Origin: Blasia pusilla
Taxonomy: Eukaryota
Reading direction: 5' to 3'
DNA: 64,000 nucleotides
NCBI GenBank assembly: GCA_050084515.1
Contig: CM114271.1
Coordinates: 18,786,001 to 18,850,000 of the forward strand
Part shown: piece after piece, positions 46,911 through 61,120 of the stretch
Numbering within the stretch: position 1 is the stretch's first letter
Layout: every line of letters starts with the position of its first letter
Made by a program: the position numbers and the translations under genes
Notes under the pieces: model-generated
What the model was told of the DNA's origin: nothing
The model's database searches: none
What the model saw: the letters and a program-made list of their open reading frames with translations, nothing else

Positions 46911-49900
46911 GTTCGCATGCCCATCCTTCACATGAAAATTTTTTATTTCAAAATTTGCATATAATTTTTATTTTCAAATGAATAAGAAGATTCCTATCTT
47001 TTAAATAATTTTCTTTTTTTAAAATTTAAATAAGACCCCACTCGCCTAAATAATTCCACAAAAGCTTAAATAATACTTACTCATCCCCCTCCTCTCCTCC
47101 ACCCAGAATACTACGCAATAATTAAATAAATAGTTAATTTTAATTTATTTCCCTCTCCCTTTCATTTTTCCTTCCCAAATTATCAAATGTGAATTAAGGG
47201 ACGAAATTTCAATCTTGTTACTATTTTATATTTTTAATTCACTATTTTTCTTTTAGTGCATATAGGGTCACCAAGTTTACATATATATTCATAATTCACC
47301 AATTTGGATCATATTGAAGTTGAATAAGTAATTTATATTTACAAAGAAAGAAAAAAAATAAAATTTGACATGACATGAAATTGTAAAATTATTTTTTTAT
47401 TAAAAAAATTTGAAAGAGTACAAAGAAAGGCAACAACATCCCAAGAAGGGAACAAGGTTGCACGAAAATTGACATCTCCACGGACATGCCATCCGAGTAC
47501 CCGCGCATCGCATCTGAGCCCGTTGAGCCCATAGCGTAGACCCAGGCTGGCCGAGCCCGCATCGGTTTTGTGGCCCGCGGTCAGCCCGCCCTACGAGCCT
47601 AGTTATGGGCTTGACGAGGTCTGCTGCAGCCTCCGTGTGGACCACAAAACCGATGCACGCTTGGCCAGCACACACCGATTTCTGTGCACCATTTCATTGA
47701 TTATAATCCCTTGTTACATGACATTCCACCACTAGATGGATGTGCAAGTCTTAAGGAAATTTATTTACATATTTTTAAATTTGATAAACACTTTAGATGT
47801 TGAAATTTTCCAATAAAGATATTGCGATTTAGACTTGGTATTTTCCATTGATTATTTTTATTTTCACTTTGGAACAATATTTTCCCATGAAAAAAAATTC
47901 AGCCACATCCTCATGCTTCCATCCATGAACTGAAAAAGGTTTCAAATTTTTTTTATAACTTGAAGTAAAGTGGAATACTCACAATTCTTCAATCTTGTAG
48001 TTTTCAAAAGCTACCATTACTTTTATATTAAAGAAAGTGGATGGTCTATGTATGATATAATTGAATACTAAATTATGATTTTTTATTTCTGAAATATATT
48101 TGGGTTTATTTTATTATGACCAATAATAAAATGACACGTCGCAACATGGGATATCAAGTTCCCTATTGCCCTATATTAGATTTTCAACCATTTATATCGG
48201 CCTACCAATAATTTGGACCCTATATTATAGTAGGACCTTACAAAATTCCAAGCCCCTTCACAACCAATTGCTTAAATATAATTTGATTATGTTTTAAATT
48301 TTTTTTAAAAACCCCTTTTCACCAAACTCATATGAAATGCTAATATCCTTGTGTGATGTCTTCAAGATAAATTGATCTATTGCATGTCTCATCCCATAAC
48401 TTAACTTTTTGATTCTTGTTACTGCACCCACCATAGAACCTTTAGTTTGTGCAACTAAAGGTTCATGGTGCAATGAGTTGATGTGTCGAGTTGCATGGTT
48501 GCATTGCACACCACATCCAATGTTTGAGGCCATAAAGAATGAGGTAGACATTGGTGATAGGATTGACTTTAAATCAAAGTCTTAGAGTCTTATTGCAGTC
48601 CATATAGCACCACATCTTTGCAAGTTAGATAGACTTAGGAGATCTTGAGTGTTCAAGCTTATTGAGTTAAAATATTCTTATATTTGGTTTTCTTAAAGAG
48701 AATTGCTATCCTTAACGTTTTGAAGAGACCTTGGAGGTTCAAGAGCAAATGAAGTGGATGCTTGTTATGGAAGAAAACTTCAAGGCCACATTAGAGCCAC
48801 AGATTGTGAGTCAGATTCTTAGTCTTGTGAGTCAATTGCGAGCGCAACTCTAACAACATTGCAACTAGAATACAACTATGGTTTACTTCTTAGGACCTCC
48901 CAATGTAATTGTGGATAGGATCCTCTAAGTCCATGTTGGGTGCAAAGGCTACGTAAGAAGCACAATGCATATTTGTCTAAGGATGGTTCAAATTACAAAG
49001 TCTGACACTATCTTCAAATTGTGTTGAATGTCTTCCTCCTTTGGCTCTTAGAGATTGATGCCTGCCAAAAACCAATGAATTCCTCATTCTATGCGTTTGA
49101 GTCGAAGAAATTGAACATACCATGTGCCCCCAACAAGGTAGCTAGGCTACATACTTAAAAAAGTTGAAACAATCTTTGAAAATCTATCTCTACTTTCAAA
49201 CATTCGTACACAAAATTTGATGCAACTTCCATTGTAGGATGAGTTGATTTCAACTTCAAAGATGAGAAGTATTTTGTGCTTCCTTTGGGAGATGTGGAGG
49301 GTTTTATATTGTCTTCACTTAGAAGGGTCATTTCTTCAACAATCGATGCATATCCTCGTGTTGATTTTCCTTAGGATGAGATTGCTTGCTATGACCCATC
49401 CTCTCCAAGAAAGGTATGGGTCATACCATGTTTGGTCATACTCTAGTTTCTGAGATGTCTTGGAGAGGATGGGTCCTACCTTTGTTTGGCCTACGGCATA
49501 GCAAGGATGTTCGGTATGTTTGGTCATACCATGGATGTTTGGTCATAACATCCATGGTATGTTTGGTCATACCATGGATGTTTGGACGTAGGACCCATCC
49601 TCTCCAAGAAAGGTATACAAGACATCAATATTTTCGGAGGTTTCAACATGTTGATCTCTTACTTTGATGATTCAAGGCACTATAAGGGATTTCTGCTTGC
49701 TTGTGTGTGTCTTGCAAATCAAAATTTCAGATTTGTGGTTGCTTTGCAGCTGTGCACATCGTGGGATTATGATGCAACTATTGCCTAAATTGCAACTAAT
49801 ATCTTGATCCTGACTTCTCACAATCACATGATGTTTGAAAGTCCCCATAGCCACAAGATAATTGCAAGCTACCTTTCAATTGTCAATCGCAAGGTAGTGG

Positions 49901-51173
49901 AGTGGACTCGAAAGAAAATTGGAAACCATAGTCACAAACAAAAAAAGCAGACTTAACACCACCACCACACCCCCCTCCCCCCCCCTTCAAGCTTAGAGAA
50001 CAAGACATTCGATTAATATTGGAGGGCATCTAGATTAGTATTGGAGAGTGTCCCTTCATTTAAAAAATTCCCTCTTGTCCACATTTGGCCCTCACGACCA
50101 ATAAGATTGCTCAATTTCTCAACTAACGGAATCATTTAAGGTTGATTAAAAAATCAACAATTTTGGATGTTAATTACACATTAATCATTTACGCCGAATG
50201 CACATCCGTACACTAGTGTATGTTGAATGCAAATCAAGAAGCCCTAGAGTGATGATAGTTCCAAAGATAACTCTTAATGAGAATTTCATAAGGGGTCTCT
50301 TAAACAGTTTCTTCTTAAAAAAAGCCTTGGCTCATAGATTACACCCCTTCAAGTAATGATGCAGATGTTGACTATGGCCCTCTCTAGATTAGGCACTCAC
50401 ATGAGGATAGTTTCAAATGCAACCAAACATCCATGGAGAGTCTCAAAATTCGGTAGCAAATGAGATTGCAACATCATCATTGTTGATCAATACGGATGAC
50501 TTTACATAATTACTTGTAGTCGACTTGCAGAGAAAACCCTTTGATTGGTGGAGAGAAACTCCAAACCCTATTGGACTTGATTGCTACGTAACTCCCTCGA
50601 ACATTGGAGAGCTGGATGCTCAAGCAACCCAGTTGATTGTGGAGAGAAAAACTAAACCTTCATATGCTGTGAAGCCCGAAACCCTTATGCGCTTGAACGC
50701 TCGCACAGCCATTTCTTGAGTGAAACCCTAGGCCCAGGTTCTACTCGGACCGAAATGCCTGCTACATTAGAAAACCCTTTCATTGCATAAGTCCAACTTC
50801 AGAACTCGTGTTCTTGGAGGCTTGCATGCTGGGAAAACCCTAAACCATCCTGTCCTAAAGACCTGCAAGCTCAAAAAACCCCTTTTCGACTGCTAGGGTG
50901 AAACCCTGAAAAATGTTGTACGTGGGAGGCTTACATGCTTAAGAAACCCTTCCACTGCTGGGGTGAAACCCAACATCATCTTTTGCTTCGATGCATGAGA
51001 ATCTCCTTGCAACTGATGAGCTTTAATACCCATTAATTCCTGCAGTGAAATCTTAATCCCAGATTCTGTCATGCGCTCGGAGGTCAGCTTGCTGCCAATC
51101 TGGAAACCGAGAAATGAAGTTTCGGGTTTCATCCTCGGAACCAACGACTGACTAATTCAACATCTGCTAACCT

Positions 51174-54100
51174 CTAGTTAGACTTGCTCCTTTCCAGCTC
51201 CGCACTCAGCATGTGATTAAGAAGGTTTTCCACTCGTGTATCTCGCCCCCTACACAAAGCAAAGAAGGAAAAAGGACAAGATATGTAAGGTATTGGAACC
51301 AAGAATAGTTATAAAAGTAACGATATGATGTTACTTCGTTCAAATGCGGAAAATATAGCATGAAATCTTCAAAACATAATGTAACCAAGAAAAAGAAAAG
51401 CACTTGTTTCAGTTTTGTAGGCGAGAATTGTTTTGGGCAGTGAAGACCACAACAGAGTTTACAGATCATGTCAGTTTCCTAGCCTTGTATCCGGGGTTTG
51501 GAGGATGTCTCAATAACACTAACCTTCTTGCTCTCTCTCGTTTTGCGAGTTGTGGATCCTTCCTTGCCTACACACAAAGAGAGGAGGTGGAAAGTTTCAG
51601 CCCGCACCTTTCAACACATTCTTTCTTATTATCTGGAATCTGAAATTATATCTGGTTATCAATGCTTGGCAACAAGTCTCTGAATTGCCAAGGGTTCCTG
51701 AAGTCCAAAGATCTTCCCATCAACTAGGAAAGGAAATGAAATGAAATCATAAGGGGCAATCAGAGTACATTCTAACAGCCCATCACTGCTTTCTTTCTTT
51801 CAGCTGATGACATAAGATCACTAGCCCAGTGCTGACCATAACTTCGGAATCCATCTGGACCAACCACAAGATATGGAAAATTCGCAGCCTTTCAATGACA
51901 TTTTGGAAGACCATGGAAACTGAACAGGAGAAGTCAGAGGATATGGAGCATGTCTTCATATTATTGCGGAAATCCACTCCACTCTCAATTTTACAGTATC
52001 TGACAAAGGACATACCGTATGCCTCTCATCACTACAACTGGCGTCATCAGAATGTTTTGATTCCTCATTCATGTCTATCTCAGCAAAGAATGCCTCCAGA
52101 ACAAACGCTACGACCTGTCGACAAGAAATCCACGAAAAGAACCCAAAGATGAGAACAAACATTGTACCACTCATTTGCAAGGTCTAAATGATCAAATGAC
52201 ATTCAAAAGTAGAGATCATTACTGGAGCACCACTCCAGTGGGGGTGGGGGTGGGCTCCCTATGAGACAGTAAGATATTTTTCCCATACCAAATTGAGAAT
52301 GACGAGTATGCCAAAAACGTAGAAGCTGATAAAATAAGCAGCTGCCCACCATTCTACTGTTAGAGCTCCATAGGTCTGCAAAGCAACTACCATCAGTGGT
52401 TGAAACGAGGACTTCACAGGTCAAAATTACTGGCGAATAATAGAAACTCAACATGAAATGGGAATTTCAAATCTTTAACAGACTCGTGCTTAGCAAAATA
52501 GTGGGCTCAAAGTTTAATGTACAATCATCACAAGTAGGGTCATTCTTTGCAATCAGCACTATTCCAGCACCCAAGGTCACCTGCACGAAACCAGCTAATG
52601 GCGTACCTCCATCCAAACTTGCCAGTTTCCCATGACAAGAACATTGAATAAGGTCACCATGCCTGATGGATAATCATTGAAGTTGTGCACCATATAGCTG
52701 TGATATTTGTCAAGGTTTAGTTCTCTTGCTAGTCTTCTTCAACAGATTTGAATGTTCATGTCAAATTCCATTTTAGAACATTGTGACGATTGGTCCACAA
52801 GGAGTATTGAGTGATGGGTAATTTCCTAGAGAAAAGTTGGTTAGTTGTACAATCTTAGATAAAAATGAATGCACAAATATCCGATCAAGCATATGAGAGT
52901 TCTTTCGCATCTACTTACAACAAAAAATAAACGTAAATGTAGCTCTCAAAGAAAGCTTCTTAGCAACATCATGAGTGCTAGAAAGTTGAAAAGTAAGAAC
53001 TGGAGCTGGATACTCATTCTCCATCATAGATGTTCCCTCCAACTTGGGATTTCCTACATACACATGTCCACCAAAGACCTGAAGATACACATCAACCACA
53101 GGCCAAAATCCACGTATTAGTTAATGTCAGCTATCATCTGACTAGTCCACACCTGAATATGTCATTTAAGGACTTCAGTACAGATTCCAGAATTGATCAA
53201 AATTAAGCGATTGGTCAAAACGTAGTTGAAATGAATATGAAGGAGTATATTTGAACTTCCAAGGAGACTAGGGGCTGAGTGACAGACGATACCAGGACAG
53301 TAGATGTTCATGATGGAACTGGATCTGGGCAAGCATACCAAAGAAAGCAAGCTATTTCTCAGAAATCCTTCAGAAATCTAGTTTTAAGCTCTTCAGGGTG
53401 GTCGTCCTTGGACGTAGACCTCTGTTAAGCAGTCCAGGCGCTTCGGATTGCTTAGCTGAGAAAATTATCGGTAGGACAGAGTCTTTCTGAAAGTGAAGGA
53501 GATCTCCCTCTTATCTCAGAACATTGAGTAGACGAGGAGCCTGTGACTTTCATCTTCAACTATGTGAAGAGGCTAAGGCGGGGTTAGAAGACCCTTGGGA
53601 ATTTGAGGTGAATCTAAACGAAGTGTGAGATTCACCTGTACGCCGATACTGCAATAGATACACATGAGAAAAAAGTTGATGCCCAAATATGGAAGAAGAT
53701 TTGGAATGAGGCTGATAAATGTCGCCACTTTCACACGGTACCTCTCCACCAGCATTAGCACTCTCACGAGTCTCAAAAGTCGTGCGATGAGTAGATAACG
53801 AATCCTGCATCATGGCAGAGTTCACGGACATTTAAGCAATCATAACTCTACTGGGATCAATACTCTCACGAATCCAGCAAGATTCCAGTCACTTCATGCC
53901 ACCTATCACCTAGTTCCCTTAGTTGTAACCCAGCTTACGTGTTGCGCTTGTATGTGGCGAGTCTAGACAGATCATTTGATATCTTTGTCCAGATTTTGTT
54001 AATCCTTGTAAAGAGGGAATAGACAGCCAAATAGACAGCCAAATATAAAAGAGGATGCGGAAACCCAGTATGGAAAAAATCAACTAGGGGGACTCGATGA

Positions 54101-57100
54101 CTCAACCACCAACAAAGCCACAACTGGACAGCAGGAGGTGACAAAAAGACACTTCAAAGACCCACAATTCCAACCTAGAAGTAGATTGTAAAGAGGGAAA
54201 TGTTACCATTCTGTGTTTGTTAGTATGGGCAGACCGTTGGGCAAGGCCATTGCAAAAGTTTCACCGATGACTGCAAGAATGGTACAGGTCAGCTCTCTTA
54301 TACCATTGCATAAACAGTTTTGAGATGCAGTTACCAAGCGTAATGGCATCTGATATATTAAGTTGTCAGTCCTACACTAGGCAGTCCATGCACGCATAAG
54401 ATATCATAACCAATGGAGCCTGAAAGATAGAAGGTTACTAAACCTGCTCTTAATTACCAGGGCATTTCTCAAGAAAGACAACTCATGGGCAAGTATTTTT
54501 GCTACCTGCAACTTCTAACCCTGCGATAGGTATTTTCCCCAGAAGGACTGGAAAAGGATTTGAAGTGATATATCAAGTTCAATTTTTTTTGCAATTACCA
54601 ATAATCCATGTAATGACAAAGTCAAATCGATTTTGACCAGAACGCCAGTAGTTCTGGAAGCCATAAACCAGCACCTTAAGGGCCAACTCCACCAGGTAAA
54701 CCCATCCTGCAACCAACATCCATATGAAGACAGTTCGATCGTGTTGTTTCCCATGATCCCTCCGCCAAACTTACGTTCAATTCTTTGTGAACTGAAAGAC
54801 AAGCCCTGTGTCTTAACTTAGGTGTTTGAGGTGAGTATGCTCAAAGGCGACTTGCCGTTGTATAGATTGCTTCTTGGAAGGCTACCACGAATTGTTCCCA
54901 TGCCCACAGTTCACACAATGAGCATGAATACAGAAAACTTCACACACCAATTTTCACGGAACCGCATTCCAAGGTCCCTTCAAGTGTGTCATACTGTGGA
55001 TAAATAGCTACACCTTAGTATATGATCTATATCACGCTTTCACAACCACTCCATAGAAAAACTCGGGTAAAATGCACTGTACCAAATATGAGTTCAAATT
55101 CCTGCCAGAACTTTTGAGATTTGTCGTTCTCTAAATCCAGCTGCAAACAGGAAGACAGTAAGAGAAATCATTGGCAAATTTAGCCATTATAGTCTTCTAT
55201 GATGACAGTGCTACGTAAATCGCAAATGAAAGTAAAATCCTTACATTCGTAAGGCAAGTGAAAATGTTACTATCTCAGAAACTAGAGAATGACCTGGTTT
55301 CAGAGGACTACGGAAGCAATCATGCCACATGTCCTGACTTCTGTCCCACTCGTTGAAACAAATTGACACTTGGACCTGTGAACTACATACTGAGAAGAGT
55401 CAGAAACAATGCTAATAGGAACAAGCAGGAGTACAAATGATTGGAATCCATTCCAAGCGATCAAAGTTCATACCGTGGTTTCCACAACAACTGTTATCAA
55501 ATTAAGCATGAGTATTCCAACAATAATGTACTCAAAATATCTGCTCCTCACAAACTGTCGGAGTGCCCCAAAAGTGCGGGAGTTGTAGAATGCAGGAAAC
55601 TCCTCGAGCCACTGTGGCTGAAAGTATCAGGGACACCCGATACTGAATTAGTAAAAGACTACAAGTACACAAGGTAGCAACAATGGTAGTTAGCAGCACT
55701 ACTGATGGGTAATCAGATCAGCTGCTGTACCATCTCTTGTTTGTCAAACTTAAGAGAGATTGCTCCACAAAGATCTGCAAATTCATCCTTGTTGATCTGC
55801 ACGGAACAAGATTCCTAGTTATTTGCGTGTAAAGAAACTTGACAGTACAAAATACCAAGCCATCCCCCAATAGAGAGATGTTTTTCCGGTTCAGCTATTT
55901 GTATGCAACTCATCACCATTTCTAAGCCAAAATTTCTGCTAGGAGTGACCTAACCATAAATGATATAACCAGCTGAATTGAGATCCGATCCAGACAGGGC
56001 ATTCAATCTGTATTTTGATAGAGTTGAAATCTACACTTGAACCATTAAAAGAAAGCTAGAGCAGCCCATTAGTGAGTGCTTCTCCTTGTTCCTACTTCGC
56101 CTCCTTACAGATTTACAGTGGAACAACTACAATCACCAGTTCTTATGAATACTCTAAGATAGGTTTACTCAATTTTCTTTGTACAGGTTCGAAAGTGACT
56201 TGCTTAAGCTCTGGACAATCCAATGCCTAACAACTCCCTCGCTAAACTTTACCTTAACTCTCAAGGATCATTCAATTTCTACGAGCGACTAGTTTAGAAT
56301 GTGAGTGTCTGATAAGTACCTTGAAATCACCGCTATCATCCAAAGCAAGGAAGACAGCTTCCATATCACTCTCATCGATTTTGGGAAGCGTTCTGCAATT
56401 TCGGTCCAGCCAGACGTCTAGCTGTTAACCCTGGTTTGAATGCATACACAAGATATGACCATAAAGTAAAGATGACAAACCTAAGAAACTCTCCCGCTGT
56501 TCGAAGTTCCAAAGGCCACAGAAATCGACGTCATGAGATCCCTCCAAAATTTCAAAACCTTCTCAAACCGAAGTCTTTTGACACATTCCACACTTGTACC
56601 TGTAATTGTTTAACTGTCCAAAAAGTTTTGAACATTGATAAAGGTCGAGATAGCCTCGTTTCTGTAGCAAACAATGTTGTCAGGTTCCTAAAATGAGTAG
56701 TGTTTCATATTAGAGATATGAATGTATCCACAGAATATAATTCTTGCAAACAACAGTTTATATGGTTACTCACATAAGACATTTAACATATAATAACCAG
56801 AGGTATGCTTTAAGTCAGAAGAAATGCCTAAGGACATGAGAGATCCCACTGGCACAAAGATTAGCAATTTTTGACGGCTTGACTAATGTTGGCACCTCAC
56901 AATCAAGATCTTTAACCAGATTGAACAGGGAACTGCATTCCCTGTTCTGGATATCCTACTTCATGACTCCAAATTCTGAAAGCTGAGCAATTTATGACCA
57001 GTGCGCTAAATAGGGTATCTATCTTCTATCTTTTTACATTTCCTTCCAAGATCTGCCACATGATTCAAGTTCAGGTGGCCTCACTTCCTCATCAAGAAGG

Positions 57101-60100
57101 TTGAATGTGGACTCCAAAATGGAGTTCCTCTTATCGTCCATTCGTGCCAAATGTGCTGCTAGCTGAATACATTTTTAGCACAAAAAAGTGAGAACCATAA
57201 ACCTATCATTTAAGCCAAGAAGATGGCAATCAGTACGAACTTGGAAAATCTAGACATCGACGTGCACGTGAATAAGTTTACAAACTACATAAATGTCGGG
57301 ATCGCCAACACAGACCAACCAAAGTGAAGTGAAACTACAGATCATGATTTACAGATAACAGAATGAGCAGGCATAACTCATGAAATCCTATCCTTCGAAT
57401 TCTTCCAAGTGACGACTATTTCATCGCATGATCAATAACCAAACTTGGGAATGAAATTTTGTCTCCCCTAAAATTTCTTCCATTTAAAATAGAGAGATTC
57501 GAAGTGGTATTCAATGTGAGCACGATGCACTTACCTGACCCTTGAAGCTATCATACACAACGGCAAGGACTAGATTAGTGACAAAGTACACTCCAAGAAG
57601 GATGTACAGGATGAAGAATGTACACGAGAAGCGCGACGATCTGGCAACCAACTGATTAAAGTAAGTTGATGGAAGACAAATCTACTCCACAAAGGCCTCG
57701 TCACATTGACAAATCGTCACCATAGGATGGCAAATTTTTGAGCCAAGAACATCTTTGAACAAATATTACTTAGTGCAACCCTCCAGACATCTTCCCTTGT
57801 AGAACACATGTTGATAGCTTAAGCAAACCCTAAAAAGGATGATAGTACTTTCGCTAGGATAGTCAAATAAGCTGCTTGAACGTAAGAGTGCAGAAAATTG
57901 AAAGAAGTACAATTCTGCTGCACTTGCTCTCCACCAACTCAACTATGCAACCAGATAACTCCAACAGCTTATGAAGTCACATAAACCAGTATAAATATAG
58001 ATGAGCATGAATCTGCGGTCAATTACCCAAACTATTCAGAAGAGAAACATTTTGGACTTTCTCATGCAGTAGATTTGAATTTGGTGTGGCTTACTTATAA
58101 GCTGGCAGCCAAACATCAGGGTTGTTTGATGTTGTAAAGAGAATTGACATGCTGTAAAGCGTTGCTCGAAAGGAGGTAAAAACCTCCTTTCCTTGAACCG
58201 TATCCTCGAAAAGGATGTAACCCAACCAACTTGAGAAGAGTAAGAACAACGCCAAGAGAGCCTGCCGTTAAAAGAATACTGTTATTGGTAGGAGAAGCTC
58301 AAAGAGAAAAAGGAAAAATGTGAACGTTGGGGTATGAGAAGAAGAACGTCTTTGTAATCTCTGGGAAGGCAGACAGTTCTGAAGGTGAGTGAAATACGTT
58401 TAGAGTCCCTAAACCCACAGAGATCAAGATCGCCTACAATCTGCTGAATCAGACTACGAAGGAAAAATGCAATTATCACCCAGCATTAATGAAGCAACTT
58501 ATGCCCAACTAGTGGTTTACACCCGCATCAGGGTATCAAATTGTGGAAGATTGGGAATACTCACCGCCACATCAATAAAGTCTGGCATGATTTGTATCAA
58601 AGTCTTCACACTGTCTCGTACTTCACTGCACGCAAACGACTTCCCCATTGTAAGCACATTCCCAAGGGCTTCTGTTTCCGAACAACAGTTGAAGTAAAAC
58701 TTCAAAAAATGAACTAAATTTTTTTTACTGACAGATGGACGATGGTATTGACGTCCAATCACAATAACCAAGGTCGAGGTTGGACTTGCATGCTGTAATG
58801 GCTTAAGTTAACTAACTTAAGAGTCTGCATGCCTCTTGTTGTCACTTAAACGAGATACTGAGTATGTGCAGCTATAAGTCAAGGAAAAGTTGTTTCTTGG
58901 TATGATAGCTAAAACGAGCACATGGAGATAAGTCCTGAGGTTCTACTTCCTCATGCAGGAAATAACAGAATGGTGTGGTTGAACTTTCATACGATTCTCC
59001 TGAGTGATGAGTGCGAAACCTACTGTTGACATTTGGGGGCTGTTGGAAGTGGTGTACCCTATTCTAGCCAAGCTATGGATGATTCATGCTCAAGACATCC
59101 GTTGCACATACTATGTGACAGAAAGCCTTGTTCATCGGAAGTCGAAGCATACAAGTTTTGAATCTAGTCATGAAAGGCGCCTGATGGATGGGATCCTGAG
59201 TTACAACCATAGAAGACACAAAGACTTCCGATGGAGTAAAATAAATTCAACAAATCAGGTCCACGTCTTTTAACATCAGTGTACATTCTATATTTGTGCT
59301 CCACATCCTTATTAACTAGGGCTTTTATTAGTTGGAGTACCAGGTGTATCAAATTTCTATCTCAATCATTTCTCATTTCACCTGGGACAGTTAGAAATGC
59401 ACTAAATGCCATGCCCATCTGTCCACGATCCTTTTCTGGTAGTGCAGAATGAGGGAGATGAAACTACAGAAGGACAACGAGGGCTAATTAACACTTCCAA
59501 TTCACTGGTTTGTGTACTCAAGTGTCACATTAAAGTAGGGACTATCAGCTGGCCAGCTGGGACTACTTGACCTTGAGCTACCCGACAAAAAAGTTGCTAA
59601 AATGCCACTCAAAGAGGACATCACCATTCAAAAACCACAAACATGGATAAAAAATTGCCGAAAGTGTTGACTGGGACTGAATAGATATTGTACCCGAGAT
59701 TAGCAGCGACAAGAAAAACCCGGACATAAGGAGCAAAACGGAACGGCAGGCTGCTGATAGGCCCCGATGGTGTGACATAAATGAAATTTGCCACCGTATC
59801 GAGTGCTAGTATTACCAACAGAACTACCTGTACATGATTATGGACGATCCGATTTAAGTCAGCTCAATAAGAGAGAGAAGAGGAGAGCCTATAGTATTAA
59901 AGATACCTAAGGATTCATTGATAAAAGTTCAAGACCAAACAGTTCTACAAAGGCATCCAAACACTGGGGAAGGAAGAGTTCCTACTTTGAAAATGTTCAA
60001 ACCGGTGCTCCAAAACAACTTACTCCCCGAGAATAAAATGGGAAAGAAAGTGTAGACCACAAGTATCACGAATATAATCACCTGAGAAGAAGCAATTGCC

Positions 60101-60342
60101 AGATCTAGTTACATAGCAGATAGTGACACACTCATGATAATGATCAAAATCCTCCAAACCGTCCCCCTAGGAATCTTCTGTACAACATGATCATATTAGG
60201 AAAAACTCGAAGCCCCAAGGGGGAGAATTGAACCTCAAAGACAAGTGATTGTTCTCGGCTCAAGTAAGGCAGATCTCCCAGATAGTACTTGGATTTTGAA
60301 CCACAAGGATCAGGAAAATTGCCATCACACCACAGGGGTACC
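51174..60342 (-). CDS. TPC1: Two-pore channel TPC1, multi-exon; 5' exons lie beyond the Copia insertion and window edge
   Basis: Exon peptides: VPLWC...YYLGDLPYL (~60230-60342); [11 protein letters not shown] (~59700); [16 protein letters not shown]...[16 protein letters not shown] (filter I, ~58095-58262); [18 protein letters not shown] (~57540-57640); EF-hand LDDSGDFK / [26 protein letters not shown] (~54600-54710); [25 protein letters not shown] (filter II, ~52605-52690); [11 protein letters not shown] (~52050-52115); [14 protein letters not shown], stop at 51176-51174. Confidence 0.95.
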
Positions 60343-60470
60343 TGCATCCCATGCAACAGTGAAAAGCAGATTCTCAACCAAGCTGCACCTTCTTCTATAG
60401 GTCCTGCCTGATGGTTGCTGACAATCCATGAACCCAGATCAACTATTACAAGCCTCAGTTGGAGACATAG

Positions 60471-61106
60471 TGTTGTAAAACATAGTAACTTGGAGTTTAC
60501 TATAGTGAAAAGTAACTGATAGAATTACTATAATAACTTAGTGTTTTACCACAGTAAACAGTAATTTCTTGTTACCATAGAGTTACCTCAGTAATTCTGA
60601 GAAATACTATGGGCGGCAGGCCCTAACCCTAAAAACCCTAAAACTTAGAAACTCATTCTCTTGGCTGTATATAACCCTCTGAGGGTGCCCTGCGAATTTA
60701 CATTCTCTTACACCTTTCTGGACACAACTCTCTGAGCTGAGGAGCTGATTGAGAAGCACTGAGTGTGCTTTGCTTACCTGAGTGGATTGTGCTTCTCACC
60801 TTAGTAGTTCAGTGTGCTAAGCACTGAGTGTGCTGCTGCTTACAGACTGAGAGGTCTGCTGACTTGAGGAGTTCAGTGAGTCTTGTGATACAAGGTGTAT
60901 AGTAGTACTAACCTGAGTGGTTGCTATTGAGATGTCTACTGCTGCTAACCTGAGTGGTTGCTATTGCACTAAGTGTGCTTGAGAATGCAAGGTGATCTGG
61001 TGATGCAGGTTGTCTAGCTCTTTCCTCTACAATCTAACCTGAGTGGTTGCTATTGCACTAAGTGTGCTTGTAATAGTTAGGTTGTAGAGAAACTCTGATT
61101 CTAAAA
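60471..61106 (+). repeat. Copia 5' LTR (636 bp)
   Basis: Starts TGTTG and ends CTAAAA (probably a mutated ..AACA) directly before the PBS. TATA-like TATATAA near 60668; three copies of AACCTGAGTGGTTGCTATTG. Confidence 0.75.
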
Positions 61107-61120
61107 GGCTATGGGCCCAC
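61107..61120 (+). promoter_or_regulatory. Primer-binding site of the half-tRNA-iMet type, overlapping the gag ATG
   Basis: GGCTATGGGCCCAC resembles the Drosophila copia-type PBS GGTTATGGGCCCAG (internal tRNA-iMet complement) rather than TGGTATCAGAGC. Confidence 0.75.

Noticed and set aside
48690-48800. Peptide resembling the Copia pre-RT motif (FEETL...KWMLVMEE)
   Set aside because: Too short and degenerate, with no supporting neighbouring domains.
49390-49620. Short repeats (ATGTTTGGTCATA; ACCCATCCTCTCCAAGAAAGGTAT twice) considered as CRISPR-like or 5S rRNA-like
   Set aside because: Irregular spacing, no unique spacers, eukaryotic context, and the 5S similarity is only a few bases; local duplications.
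50190-50217. Possible Helitron 3' end (weak hairpin then CTAGT)
   Set aside because: The hairpin needs a substitution to pair well and no matching 5' end was identified.
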